From: Octopus sinensis
Taxonomy: Eukaryota
Direction of reading: 5' to 3'
DNA length: 64,000 nt
Assembly: GCF_006345805.1 (NCBI RefSeq)
Contig: NC_043017.1
Span: forward strand, 12,462,001 to 12,526,000
Notes under the pieces: generated by a model
The model's database searches: none
What the model was told of the DNA's origin: nothing
The model's input: only the letters and a program-made list of their open reading frames with translations
In this document: positions 40,235-53,954 of the stretch, piece after piece
Layout: each line of letters begins with the position of its first letter
Position numbering within the stretch: the stretch's first letter is position 1
Position numbers and translations under genes: made by a program

Positions 40235-40985
40235 CTGAAAGAAGCCAATCGTATATATACTCTTTACTCTCTTTTACTTGTTTCAGTGGCACATAAAAGG
40301 CACCATCCGATCGTGGCCGTTTGCCAGACTCGTCTGGCACCTGTGCCAGTGGCACGTAAAAAGCACCCACTACACCCATGGAGTGGTTGGCGTTAGGAAG
40401 GGCATCCAGCCATAGAAACATTGCCAGATCAAACTGGGCCTGGTGCAGCCTTCTGGCTTCCCAGACCCCAGTTGAACCGTCCAACCCATGCTAGCATGGA
40501 AAGCGGACGCTAAACGATGATGATGATGATGATGATGATGATGATATATATATATATATCCAGTAATATAACTATACATATACATACACACTACTACGTA
40601 TCCAGATATATAACTACACACATGCACAACTGTATATCTAATAATGTAACTAAAACAAACACACATACCTGTGAACAACTAAGCCTTTGTATCAAGTTCG
40701 AGACAAACAAACTAGCACACTACAGATAGGTTTAGCATTAAGAAGAATCCATAGCGAGAGGGAAGAGACAGACACCCACAGAGATACCATATCTGAAGAC
40801 AGAACTGAGAGCTTATTTTTATGATGTTTAGAAATGGTGTGTGGCCTGGAAAGGCAGGGTGTATGGCCTACAGTTTGTGTTTAACCTATAAAGTTGTTGA
40901 CTCTTTTTTTTGAGGCCTTATTAGAGTATTATATATTGCATTATACATCCATCAATTAAGCAGCGGCATTTATCATCATTGTCAA

Positions 40986-41954
40986 GGCGGCAAGCTCACA
41001 GAAGCGTTTGCAAGCCGGGCGAAATGCGTAGCCATATTTCGTCTGCCGTTACGTTCTGGGTTCAAATTCCGCTGAGGTCGACTTTGCCTTTCATCCTTTC
41101 GGGGGTCGATAAATTAAAGTACCAGTTATGCACTGGGGTCGATGTAATCGACTTAATCCGTTTGTCTGTCCTTGTTTGTCCCCTCTGTGTTTAGCCCCTT
41201 GTGGGTAGTAAAGAAATAGTATTTCGTCTGCCGTTACGTTCTGGGTTCAAATTCCGCTGAGGTCGACTTTGCCTTTCATCCTTTCGGGGTCAATAAATTA
41301 AAGTACCAGTTACGCACTGGGGTTGATGTAATCGACTTAATCCGTTTGTCTGTCCTTGTTTGTCCCATCTGTGTTTAGGCCCTTGTGGGTGGTAAAGAAA
41401 TAATATTTTGTCTGCCGTTACGTTCTGGGTTCAAATTCCGCTGAGGTCAACTTTGCCTTTCATCCTTTCGGGGTCGATAAATTAAAGTACCAGTTATGCA
41501 CTGGGGTCGATGTAATCGACTTAATCCGTTTGTCTGTCCTTGTTTGTCCCCTCTGTGTTTAGCCCCTTGTGGGTAGTAAAGAAATAGTATTTCGTCTGCC
41601 GTTACGTTCTGGGTTCAAATTCCGCTGAGGTCGACTTTGCCTTTCATCCTTTCGGGGTCAATAAATTAAAGTACCAGTTACGCACTGGGGTCGATGTAAT
41701 TGACTTAATCCGTTTGTCTGTCCTTGTTTGTCCCCTCTATGTTTAGCCCCTTGTGGATAGTAAAGAAATAGTATTTTGTCTGTCGTTACGTTCTGGGTTC
41801 AAATTCCGCTGAGGTCGACTTTGCCTTTCATCCTTTCGGGGTCAATAAATTAAAGTACCAGTTACGCACTGGGGTCGATGTAATTGACTTAATCCGTTTG
41901 TCTGTCCTTGTTTGTCCCCTCTATGTTTAGCCCCTTGTGGGTAGTAAAGAAATA
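40986..41954 (+). mobile_element. SINE family A, head plus 5 tandem 184-bp bodies
   Basis: Units end at 41218, 41402, 41586, 41770 and 41954. Flanking near-duplication atttatc(a/c)tcattgtc. Confidence 0.9.
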
Positions 41955-42506
41955 AATTTATCCTCATTGTCTTAACATCTACTTTTCCATGTTTGCATGG
42001 ATCAGATGAGATTTAATAAGGCAGAGTTTCAATGGCCAGATTCCCTTTCTGCTGTCAACCCTCATCTGTTTCCATGTACGAGGGAGAGCTGAAAAGTTCC
42101 TGGCTTTAAAGGGTATCACCAAGGCATCAACCTTCTGAGTTCTTCTACAGGGCTTAGAAAACACGAAGGACCACTGCAATGGTCTACCAGATCCACTCAC
42201 AAGGTTTTGGTTAGTCCAGAGCTACAGTAGACACTCACCCCAAAGTGGCCACACAGTGGAGACTGAACCTGAAACCATGAGGTTAGGAAGCAAACTTTCT
42301 AATCACAGGGCCACACTGATGCACCCAAATTATTAAAGGCATCACAAAAGTATTATCATGTATTCAAAACGGCCCCTACACAAAACGGACCCTTCTCCTT
42401 GCAAGAAAATATTGGTTTTAACATAAAGACAGGTGGAAAAAAACCACTAAGCATTTTGCTTCATGTGCTTATGATTCTACCAGTACCAGCTCTCTACCTT
42501 AATGTA

Positions 42507-42637
42507 CAGGGTGTCCCCAAAAAATGTATACACATAGTGGTTCGGCAAAAGAGAACGATAGAATAAGTACTAGGCTTACAAAGAATAACAAATTTACAAT
42601 TATTTAAGGTGTGTATACATTTTTTGGGGACACCCTG
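42507..42637. mobile_element. Tc1/mariner-type MITE (131 bp)
   Basis: Perfect TIR CAGGGTGTCCCCAAAAAATGTATACACA with TA on both flanks. Confidence 0.85.
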
Positions 42638-43449
42638 TATTTTGGTTTCGAATTTGGCACAAGGCCAGTAAGTTCAGGAAAGGAGGCAAGTCAATTGCAT
42701 CAACCCAAGTATTTCACTGGTACTTATTTTATCAACCCCGAAAGGATGTCAGGCAAAGACAACCTCGATGGAATTTGAACTCTGAACATAAAGACAGATG
42801 AAATACTGCTAAACATTTTGTCCAGCATAGTAATAATTATGCCAGCTTGCTGCCAAATAACCACTATAACCCTTTAGTGTTCACATTATTCTGCCAAAAT
42901 TAATCCTTTTTTTATCCAAATTGTTTTGAACTAATCATGCATTATCTTGAAGCTATGAGATTTTGATGAGGTAGCTGTTAATTTTTAAAACGATATTGTA
43001 GGGTTGGTGTGAGAGACCAGATCGGGTCAGTTTGAACATAAAACAGGCAGAATACTTTTGGCCGGATATGGCTGGTTTAAATGCTAAAGGGTTAAAAGAA
43101 AAAAAAAATGCCCCATTTAGTTAACAAACTAAAAAATCGAGACTTCTGGGTACATAAAAACAACTAAAATTTTTCTTACATAATGGGTGCAAGGGGGGAG
43201 AGAAAAAAAAAGAGGGTGTTAACACCCAGCCACCTACCCCTACCCGTGCACACACAAGAATTGTTCAACATAAGGTTAAAACTAAAGTAATTACCAGAGT
43301 TATAGAGTGTGTTGTTGTTGTTTGTTTTTGTTCTCTTTCTCTTCTTCATCCATTTACCGACTTAAATTATTCACCCTCCTAACCCCACCCAATTCTAAAG
43401 CCACAGTTTTTAGTTGTATAACACATACAGATACATATTCTGATTTTCA

Positions 43450-43485
<36 letters not shown>

Positions 43486-43829
43486 CACACACATAGACAT
43501 GCATGCACACTTAAATACACACACACACAGGAACAAAAAAAGGAAGGGAAAAAGCACAAGACCCTACTAACATTCCTCAGAGGTCAGTGTTGGTACTTTT
43601 GGGGGGAAAAAATTAGGGGAACAAATCCCCATCCCGCCTCACCCTCAACACCCAACCCACCTTCCACAGTTCTGCCAAGAATGGGCCCCATAGAACAAAA
43701 TTGCAATAATGCTACAAAAAAAAAAAAAAAAAAAAAAAAAATTATCACAGAGCAGAGAAGCAAGCCATTTCTACTGCCACCAGAATTCTTTAATCTCGAA
43801 GCCAGCATCACAAAACTCTTCTCAGATCG

Positions 43830-43894
<65 letters not shown>

Positions 43895-44100
43895 GTGGTT
43901 GTCAAAGACATTATCAAACATTAAAAACACCACAAATAATAATAATAATAATGATAGTTTGTGATTTCTCTCAGTCAGCTCACACACCAGGATTCAGTAA
44001 AATGAACCCCCTCCCCTCCCCCACTTACATAATTACTGTGATCTATGGTTTATCTTGTATTGCAACTGTGGGAATTAATAACTACAAATGAATAAATAAG

Positions 44101-44152
<52 letters not shown>

Positions 44153-44302
44153 CACATACATACACACACAAATGTCTATATATATATATACACACACACA
44201 TACAAGTAATCAACAGTCTTCTTATCAGTGAGGTGTATATATATACTTATATACATACACATGTGTATACACACATACATCCATTATACAACTATATATA
44301 AG

Positions 44303-44346
<44 letters not shown>

Positions 44347-45645
44347 TATATATATACATATATATACACACACACACATATATATACACACATAAATTAT
44401 ATGTATTATATAATTATATATAAATTATACACAGACATACGTGTGTGTGTGTGTGTGTGTGTTACATGTCTTCAAAATCTCTTATCAGTAATAAGAAAAC
44501 TGCCAATAGCAATCTTCTGTTATACAAGTCACTAACTGATCTGCCTAGTACACAGAACGAATTATAGAATTCACACTAACCATTCTATCACAGATATAAA
44601 TGTGTGCTGCTTACTTTTCGTCTAACATTTCTAAACTGAGCTCTGCGCCTTGCCTAGTTTCATTTTCTCTCCACTGAAGCTACAACAAAAATTACTCATC
44701 TCCTTCCTCTCCACAGGGTCCATTAGCCATCCCACTCCATAGCCCCTGGCCAAACCTAAGTATTTAGCTTTGTTCCTTAATGTTAAAATACAAAACCTTA
44801 ATTAAGGACCAAATCTGCCCTTCATCTCTCCACTATTACTTAAAAAAAATACCAAACATTTCAAATGACAATATACTCTTGCCCAAAGAAAATAATTTAC
44901 CTTTGTAGCAATGTAAGAAATATATAGAGCGCTATATAGAGAGTGCAGGAGTGGGGAAGGGAACCTGTTGAGGGTCGTAGATAAAATTGTAAGTACTTAG
45001 GAACCTGAGAGAGAAGGATGGTGGTGGTGCATCTCATCTAATTGAAAAAAATTAACAAATTTTTAATTATATAAATTCTATAGGTATAGGCATTACTATG
45101 TGATGAAAAAGTCTGCTTCCAAACATTTGTTTTTGGGTTCAGTTCCTCATGTAGTATCTTTGGTGTCTTCTACTTGGGCCAAGGTTGACCAATGACCTCT
45201 GATTGAAATTGGTTGATGGGAGCTTTGCAGGAAACCCTCGTGTGCATGTCTGTCTGTGTGTGCATGTTTATCTTCATGTGTCTATATGCTAAAACTAGTT
45301 GAAAAACAGTGCTCTGTGCTTCTATCCAGCGAACTAGCAGTTCAACAGTTATCAATAAGGTCAAGAACTAGATTTAAAACTAAGTTCTTGGACCAATATG
45401 ATCAACAAAAAAAATTAACAATTTACTAATTATATACTATTTATTATTTAGTACTTAGTATTTATTTTAGGAAATTGTTTTATCGTATCTTTAATTTTTT
45501 TCTATATGGCATGTTTTAGTATATCATTGTTGAATGGCTTAATCGTGGTTCTTCTAATTTATACACATATATTATATATTGTGAAATTTGACTTAGTATC
45601 ACTAAACTGAATTTTTCCCTGTAAGTTTGGAATCATATTCCCTAA

Positions 45646-45678
<33 letters not shown>

Positions 45679-47715
45679 GACAAGGAAGAAGATGAAGATT
45701 GAACCATATTACATGTAACTGATTATATGTGATAAATCCCTAAATAATTTTTTTAATTTATGCATGGTATGTCTTTATAAAATACAAGTCTCATAGTGTG
45801 GATAACCAGGAATTCTTATTGAGGGCTACTCAAGGAATAAACACCAGGATTTTACTTAACTCAAACTTACAATATACATATATACATATTTATATATATA
45901 CTAATATAGATATATATTTGCTTATTGGGAAAATTGTTTAATTTCTAAGGGTTCATGTGTCACAAAACTTATTAAATGTCTGTATATCTAATAAAATTCA
46001 ACTAGTGACCGAATTTATTGAAGCACCCTTCCATATATATATATATACATATATATAATATGGATATATTTTAAAACAATAACGTCTTGAAACAAATTTT
46101 TACGAAGAGATAAAATTGGTACAACACTTGCCAATGAATTATCTCCCCCTAGTTGATTCACAACACTTGTAGGTGGCGATTGGATGCAAGGCTGAAAACC
46201 GAAACAACAAGTTATTTTTAGGAAACAAATTTCAAAGACAGACACAGGGCAACAACAGCAGCAACAACAACAACAGTGACTGGAGCAAACATCAAAATCA
46301 TTGTTTTACTATCTTATGGAGGACATTATGTTGTTTATTTGGTTTTAATTTGGTTTTTAATGAGATCATTTAAGGGATCCCATTAAAAATGAAGCAAAGA
46401 ATTTTTTTTTTTTATTCATAAATAGGAAATTTCAAAAGACCTCTTGTATTTTAACTGCAGTAAGCTTTTTATAAAAATTAGAGTTAACAAACAAGTTGGT
46501 AAGGAAACCGGCCTCCCATGTAGTCATCAGGCTTGCTAGAAATAGCAGTAAAATTTCCTTCAAATATTCAGTTTTTTTTTGTTTGTTTTTTGTTTTTTTT
46601 TACAATAGATGAAGGATATGCAAGATACTGAATCTCTAGATAAAATCTACCGATAAGGACATTGTGATGGTGAAAGTTGAACCACCTTTTATCATAGATT
46701 AGCTGGATCAGAGCCAATAAGGTGTTAAAAGAACTGCCGGCTGTTTGACTAAGAAAGGCGGCAGAAAGGACAAGAAAGTTCTGTGTTCTACATTGCAATG
46801 TTACACACTGCCAAAAAGGGTGTTACTTGGTATCAATGCTTGAAATCATTTACACCTTTCTAAGGGCTTTCCTTTCTTATTTTTGTGGGAAGGTAACTTT
46901 TTGTTGAGAGACAAGAAGTGCCCATCACTATTTACAAGGCCTCCAAGATTGATAGAAGAGAGAAAAAGAGCAGAAGGTGTCCTTGCAAAGAGGCAACTGA
47001 CCCTGTCAAAGACACCCTGTAGTGCCTGATGGTGGGGCGTAAAACCAGGTGATGATCACATCTGCGAATCAATTAATCTATGGTGGTTAAACTCAGAATG
47101 CAAAGAGCGGAATAAATATCACTAAGTCTGCCATCCAAGTAGTTTGCGGTGGGATTTGAACTCAGATCACAAAGAGCCAGAATAAATACCAGCTGCATTG
47201 GCACAAGTCAGTGACCTTTACCCTTGGATAAACATCAGTATTAAGGAGCTGTATGCATGAATAATTGCTGGTGTCCCCTGCAAAATCCAGCCCAGGCCTG
47301 GGCAAATGTACATACATGATCAACATTGACCAATGGAGGTCCTACATATATCTAAGGTTAAATAAAACAATAGGTAATAAGTGATCAGTGAAGTGGAACA
47401 AAATGCCACGCATCATTTAATTATGGTAGGATGGCAAACTGGCAGAACCATTAGCATGTCGGGCAAAATGCTTAGCGGCATCTCACTCATCTTTACATTT
47501 TAAGTTCAAATTCTGCCAAGGTCCTTTTTGCCTTTCATCCTTCCAGGCTAGATAAAATAAGTACCAGTTGAGCACTGGGGGCTGATGTGGTGGAATTAAG
47601 CCCTCTGCTGAAATTGCTGGCTCTGGGCCAAACTTTGAAGCCAGTTTTTAGTTATGGCAGCAAACTAGCAGAATCATTGGCACATCAAACAAAATGCTTA
47701 GTGGCATTTCTTCTG

Positions 47716-47918
47716 GGCGGCGAGCTGGCAGAAACGTTAGCACGCCGGGCGAAATGTGTAGTTCAAATTCTGCCGAGGTCGACTTTGCTTTTCATCCTTT
47801 CGGGGTCGATAAATTAAGTATCAGTTGTGTACTGGAGGTCGATGTAATCGACTTAATCCTTCTGTCTGTCCTTGTTTGTCCCCTCTGTGTTTAGCCTCTT
47901 GTGGGTAGTAAAGAAATA
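47716..47918 (+). mobile_element. SINE family A (internally deleted) inserted in an older family-A copy
   Basis: atttcttctgg duplicated on both sides. The host copy continues ctcattacattctgagctcaaat. Confidence 0.8.
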
Positions 47919-48051
47919 GGTATTTCTTCTGGCTCATTACATTCTGAGCTCAAATTTTGCCATGGTTGACTGCCTTTTGTCCTTTTGGGGTCAACAAAAT
48001 AACAGTTGAGCACTGAGATTGATCATAATCAACTATCCCCTAACATCAAAA

Positions 48052-48485
48052 TTAGTTAGTTAGTTAGTTAATTTGGCTCAAAAGCAAATAGCAAGGCCAT
48101 GTAGGGGGACATGGAGTTAAGTACAGGGTGGTGTTCATGTAAAGAGTTCAGGCCACTTGAGGTCAAGGGAGGCTTTGAACAAAGCGGTCGTCGGCATCTT
48201 CACCATCTCGTCTGGCAGCTTGTTCCACGGATCCGCAACCCGGACGGAGAAAGCTCCTCTCCTTCGATTGAGATGAAATCGTCGCAGGTAGAGCTTTTCG
48301 GAATGACCCCGCAGCCGACGCTCTGGAGCAGGAGTGAAGAACAGCTCTTTCGAGAGGTTACACTTTCCGCTTATGATGTTGTGGGCGAGAATGAGATCAC
48401 CACGGCGGCGGCGTTTTTCAAGAGAACAAAGGTCGAGCGTCCTCAGCCTTTCTTCATAGGACAAATTTTTGAGACCATGAACCAT
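48052..48485 (-). mobile_element. CR1-clade LINE 3' end (5'-truncated) with uninterrupted ORF2 C-terminus
   Basis: ORF 48135-48485 LSYEERLRTLDLCSLEKRRRRGDLI..RGHSEKL..FSVRVADPWNKLP is typical of CR1 ORF2. (TAAC)n tail at 48051-48070. Confidence 0.92.
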
Positions 48486-48804
48486 TGCTAGCCTTGTAAC
48501 AAAATAAGAATTATTTAGTTATAACTCTTTAACCTTTTGGCATTCAGGTTTCTTTATCAAATGTATTACTTATTTATTCACGTTGTTTTGAAGTATCACA
48601 CATTATTTAGTAGCTTCAAGATTTCAACGGTCTGTTTGTATGTATTTAGAATGACATTGTAGGGTAGGTGCGAGAGGTTTGATCTAGCCAGTTTTAACAT
48701 AAAACATATAGAATATTTGAACCAGATCATCATCTTCATTTAATGTTTGCCATCCAGCTTGTATGAGTTGGATGGTTTAATGAGCCAGCTAGGTAGAAGT
48801 CCAA

Positions 48805-50007
48805 CCCATGCTATTGGGTCTCTTGTCATGATTTTTATGGTTGTATGTCCTTCCTAACACTAGATTAAATGGTAAAGGGTTAAGCTCTAGGAAAGGTATG
48901 TGGCCTAGTGGTTAGATATCTGAGCTCTTGATTACAAGATCACAGGTTCCAATTCCTAATTTAGAACCCATACTATTGTGTCTCTTGTCATGGTTTTTAT
49001 GGTTCTATGTCCTTCCTAACACTAGATTAAATGGTAAAGGGTTAAGCTCTAGGAAAGGTATGTGGCCTAGTGGTTAGATATCTGCCGTTACGTTGTGAGT
49101 TCAAATTCCGCCGAGGTCGACTTTGCTTTCATCCTTTCGGGGTCGATAAATTAAGTACCAGTTAAGCACTGGGGTCGATATAATCGACTTAATACTATGT
49201 CTGTCCATGGTTTGTCTCTCTATGTTTAGCCCCTTGTGGGTAATAAAGAAATAGGTATTTTGTCTGTCGTTACGTTGTGAGTTCAAATTCCGCCGAGGTC
49301 GACTTGCCTTCATCCTTTCGGGGTCGAAAATTAAGTACCAGTTAAGCACTGGGGTCGATATAATCGACTTAATACCTATGTCTGTCCATGTTTGTCCCCT
49401 CTATGTTTAGCCCCTTGTGGGTAATAAAGAAATAGGTATTTCATCTGTCGTTACGTGTGTGAGTTCAAATTCGCCGAGGTCGACTTTGCCTTTCATAATT
49501 CGGGGTCGATAAATTAAGTACCAGTTAAGCACTGGGGTCGATATAATCGACTTAATACCTATGTCTGTCCATGTTGTCTCCTTATGTTTAGCCCCTGTGG
49601 GTATAGAGAAATAGGTATTTTGTCTGCGTTACGTTGTGAGTTCAAATTCCGCCGAGGTCGACTTTGCCTTTCTCCTTTCGGGGTCGATAAATTAAGTACC
49701 AGTTAAGCACTGGGGTCGATATAATCGACTTAATACCTATGTCTGTCCATGTTTGTCTCCTCTATGTTTAGCCCCTTGTGGGTAATATAGAAATAGGTTA
49801 GATATCTGAGCTCTTGATTTACAAGATCACAGGTTCCAATTCCCAATTTAGAACCCATGCTATGGGGTCTATGTCATGGGTTTATGGTTCTATGTCCTTC
49901 CTAACAATAGATTAAATGGTAAAGGGTTAGATCTAGGAAAGGTAGTGGCTAGTGGTTAGATATCTGAGCTTTGATACAAGATCACAGGTTCCAATTCCCA
50001 ATTTGGA
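48805..50007 (+). repeat. Three tandem ~160-bp units, the second interrupted by the SINE A tetramer
   Basis: cccatgctatt..ccttcctaaca..gattaaatggtaaagggtta..ggttagatatctgagctc..aggttccaattcc occurs three times. Confidence 0.75.
49081..49795 (+). mobile_element. SINE family A, 5'-truncated, 4 tandem bodies
   Basis: Units end at 49253, 49434, 49613 and 49795. TSD ggttagatatctg (49072-49084 / 49796-49808). Confidence 0.88.
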
Positions 50008-52499
50008 AGGCATGTTATGTCCTGAGCCAAGGTATTTGCCTTTACACAGCTCCAGTTCACTCATCAAATGAAAGTAAGTCCTTGTGTGTTTCTGAATGGC
50101 TAACTCACGTCTTGCACACTGTAATCGCTTTAGTTTCAGCACACGATCAAAGATCTAAACACTCGTTATGCAAGTGTATCCCTGTAATAATATATCATTG
50201 ATGTAAATTACGTTCGTTAGTGACATCGTTACCACACTGGACAAAATGATTAGCAGTATTTCTTCTACTTTTACATTCTGAGTTTAAATGCAGTCAAGAT
50301 CTACTTCACGTTTTGACATTTAGGGGTCGATGAAATAAGCACTAGTCTAGCACTGGGGTTGATGATATCAATTTATCTTTTCCCCTTCAATTGCTGGCAT
50401 TGTGCCAAAATTTGAAACTATCATAGTTGTTGATGTTGTTGTTGTTGTTGCTGTTGAGGAGAAAATTTATAAAAAAAAAACACAATATATTATTTGCTAG
50501 TTGCATAATTAAAACAAAAAAAATAAAAACAAAAATAAGGTAAAGCAAAAAGCATTAAAAATATCCAATGACAGTTGAGAATAATCAAATGAATAATTAA
50601 TTAATTAATTAATTAATTAATTAAACAGCAGGTCAAAGGTCACAAGTGAACACTGAAAATGCAAATGAAGCAACAAAATATTAATAACAGTAATACACGT
50701 GGGTTGTTGGCAAAAATAGCCTGTGACAGGAAGACAGATAGGTGGACAAGAAGGAGACGACAAAATAGCAAAGAAAATGTGGTTTCATTTTTAACAATTA
50801 AAACCATTTAAAGTCAGCAATGGGGGTGAAGTGGCTTTTAATATTTTACAGCAAATTTTTTAATTAGGTTTAATGAAAGAATAAATATTTTAAAGCATTT
50901 GATTATGAACAATCTCTCAGCATGTGTGGTGTGTGTGTGTGTGTGTGCATAGCTAAGTGCATGTGTGTGTGTATAGGGTGTGTATATTCTTTTACTGGAT
51001 TCAGCCATTGAGCTTGTGACCAAGCTGGGGCACCGTGTGAGTGTGTATGTTAATCTTGGTTTACAGTCAGATCTCAAGCTAACTGGAAGAATGTTAGCAT
51101 ATCAACTCCACTAACAGGAAACCCAAGGTATTGTTATGAGAATCTGACTTCACACAGATATATATATATATATATAGCTATGAGAATGTTTGTGTGTGTG
51201 TGAGTGTATTTACTTTTATTGAGCCATTGGACTTGTGGTTATGCTTGGGTATCATGTGTGTGTGTGTGTGTGTTTATCTTGGCTTACGACTACTATTCAA
51301 CTAAGAATGTCAGCAAACCAACTCTACTAACAGGAAACCTAAGGTACCATTGAAGAATGAAAATACACACACACGCATAAACACATAAAGCTATGAGCAT
51401 GTGTGAGTATATTTACTTTATTTTGAGCCAATGGACTTGTGGTTATATTGGAGCACCTTGTGTATGTGTCCATGTATGTGTGTGTACAGACTTAAGTTAA
51501 AGATGAAGAAACAGTTGTTTATTTATTTAAGAAAACAAAAAACAAAAAAGAAGGAAAAAATCCAGATAATAAACCTGTTTTCTAATCATTTATTCACTAA
51601 AAAACAAGTCTTCTTGTTTTGTTGTGTTTTTTGCCTTTTTGCGTTGGATTTTTTTTTGCTAAATTTTTTTTTTTTTTTTTTTTTTTTTTGTTTTTGTTTG
51701 ATCTGTGAACTAAGGCCAAAAGTAAGTTACATAGAAGCAATTACATGGAACAAGATATTCTTTTCAAGAAATTAATAAAAAAAAAAAAAAAACTTTTGAA
51801 AAGAAAAAAAAAAAACAAAGAGAAAAAGTACAGAAAAACCAGATTTTTCGAAAAGTTTCTGTTAACAGGTCACATTAGTGCAAAAAAAAAGTAAAGAAAA
51901 AAGAAAAGAAATAATGAAAGACTGACACTGTTTTCTATAAATTTTATAAAAAAAAAAAGACTAAAAACCATAAATAAATAAATAAAAGACCAAATAATTA
52001 GTCATGCATGTGTGTGTGTGTTATTTATAATTAAGCAAAGATGACTTTTAAGAAATGTAAATATATTCAAAGAGCAAAAGAAAATGTGTTAAAAAAAAAT
52101 CTTTCAAATGAGGCAAAAAATGTAACTTGTGTGTGGTTGTTAGAATCTGCAAGAAACAGCAGCCAAATCTTCTTTCATCCATACCTTGCTCAGAAAATGT
52201 AGCCCTAGACACTCTCAGTTAACCGTTGGCACAGAAATGGTGGATGAGTTGTTAAAGTGCTGGGTAAGAATATCTTTTGGCATTTGTACTGGCCCTCTAC
52301 ACATTCTTTTCCAAACTTCACACAACTTCTACATTTGGGGCCTGTGATTCACTGCCATGCACTAACAGTACTAGGTTCATGGACAAGATCAGAAACATCA
52401 AGACCAAGTGCCACCCTCAAGGAAATCCCCTTTCAGAGATATTGTTTACAGTAGAGGGTCTCAACCAGGGTCCCTATAGGATTTTGTTAAAATTTATGA

Positions 52500-52654
52500 G
52501 CGTGGCTGTGTGGTAAGTAGCTTGCTAACCAACCTCATGGTTCCGGGTTCATTCCCACTGCGTGGCATCTTGGGCAAGTGTCTTCTGCTATAGCCCCGGG
52601 CCGACCAATGCTTTGTGAGTGGATTTGGTAGACGGAAACTGAAAGAAGCCTGTC

Positions 52655-52686
<32 letters not shown>

Positions 52687-52890
52687 TTGTGTTTGTCCCC
52701 CTAGCATTGCTTGACAACCGATGCTGGTGTGTTTACGTCCCCGTCACTTAGCGGTTCGGCAAAAAGAGACCGATAGAATAAGTACTGGGCTTACAAAGAA
52801 TAAGTCCCGGGGTCGATTTGCTCAACTAGATGCGGTGCTCCAGCATGGCCGCAGTCAAATGACTGAAACAAGTAAAAGAGTAAAAGAGAG
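52500..52890 (+). mobile_element. SINE family C
   Basis: Family C sequence throughout. Confidence 0.85.
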
Positions 52891-53641
52891 CAATTGCTTA
52901 CACTTCCACAATGCACAAAATATTTTAACAATTTTTTTTAAAGCAACTCCTCATAATATTTAGTAATAAAAAATATAATAGGGAGTTCTTAAACATTGAA
53001 TGGTTATGAGAGGCCACCAGAGTAAAATAAAAATCACAAGGGTCCAAAATGGTTCAGCTCCTCTGGTTTACAACAACAAAGAGCATGTGGAACAGTGCTT
53101 CATCAGTTAAAGTGGAGAACTGGAAGGGCTTTTGTACACTTTCCATCAGCCAGATTCACTCACAACGTACTGGTCTGCCTGAAGCCCTCACAGAAGACAC
53201 TTCTCCAAAGTGTTGGACAGTGGGACAAAAACTGCAACCATGTAGTTCTGAAGTAAACTTCTTAAACCACACAGCCATACCTCCCCACATGATTTTCCCC
53301 CACAGCCATTACCTGTGCCAATATATTTCTTATATTTTTTTCAGTTTATAGATATATCTGCTATTGTTTATTAATTATAACTATTATTAATTTATTTTTT
53401 TTTTATGTACACACACACCTGAGATTAAAATGTGGACAGAAAAAAAATGGATTCAGTTGGTGTGACTTGTAAATGTAGAACTTCTCTACACACAGAATAT
53501 ACTTTAAATATATATTATATATATATATATACAGAAACACAAATATTGCAGACATGTGTGCATATACATATATATACACATATATATTGTGTGTATATGT
53601 GTGTATGTATGCACATAAACTTTGCCTTTATATATATATAT

Positions 53642-53868
53642 ACTCTTACTCTTTACTCTTTTACTTGTTTCAGTCATTTGACTGCGGCCATGCTGGAGCA
53701 CCGCCTTTAGTCGAGCAAATCGACCCCGGGACTTATTCTTTGTAAGCCCAGTACTTATTCTATCGGTCTCTTTTGCCGAACCGCTAAGTGACGGGGACGT
53801 AAACACACCAGCATCGGTTATCAAGCGATGTTGGAGGGACAAAGACAGACACACAAACACATACACAA

Positions 53869-53954
<86 letters not shown>

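Noticed and set aside
40986-41954. CRISPR-like or satellite array
   Set aside because: No unique spacers; units are SINE bodies in a eukaryotic intron.
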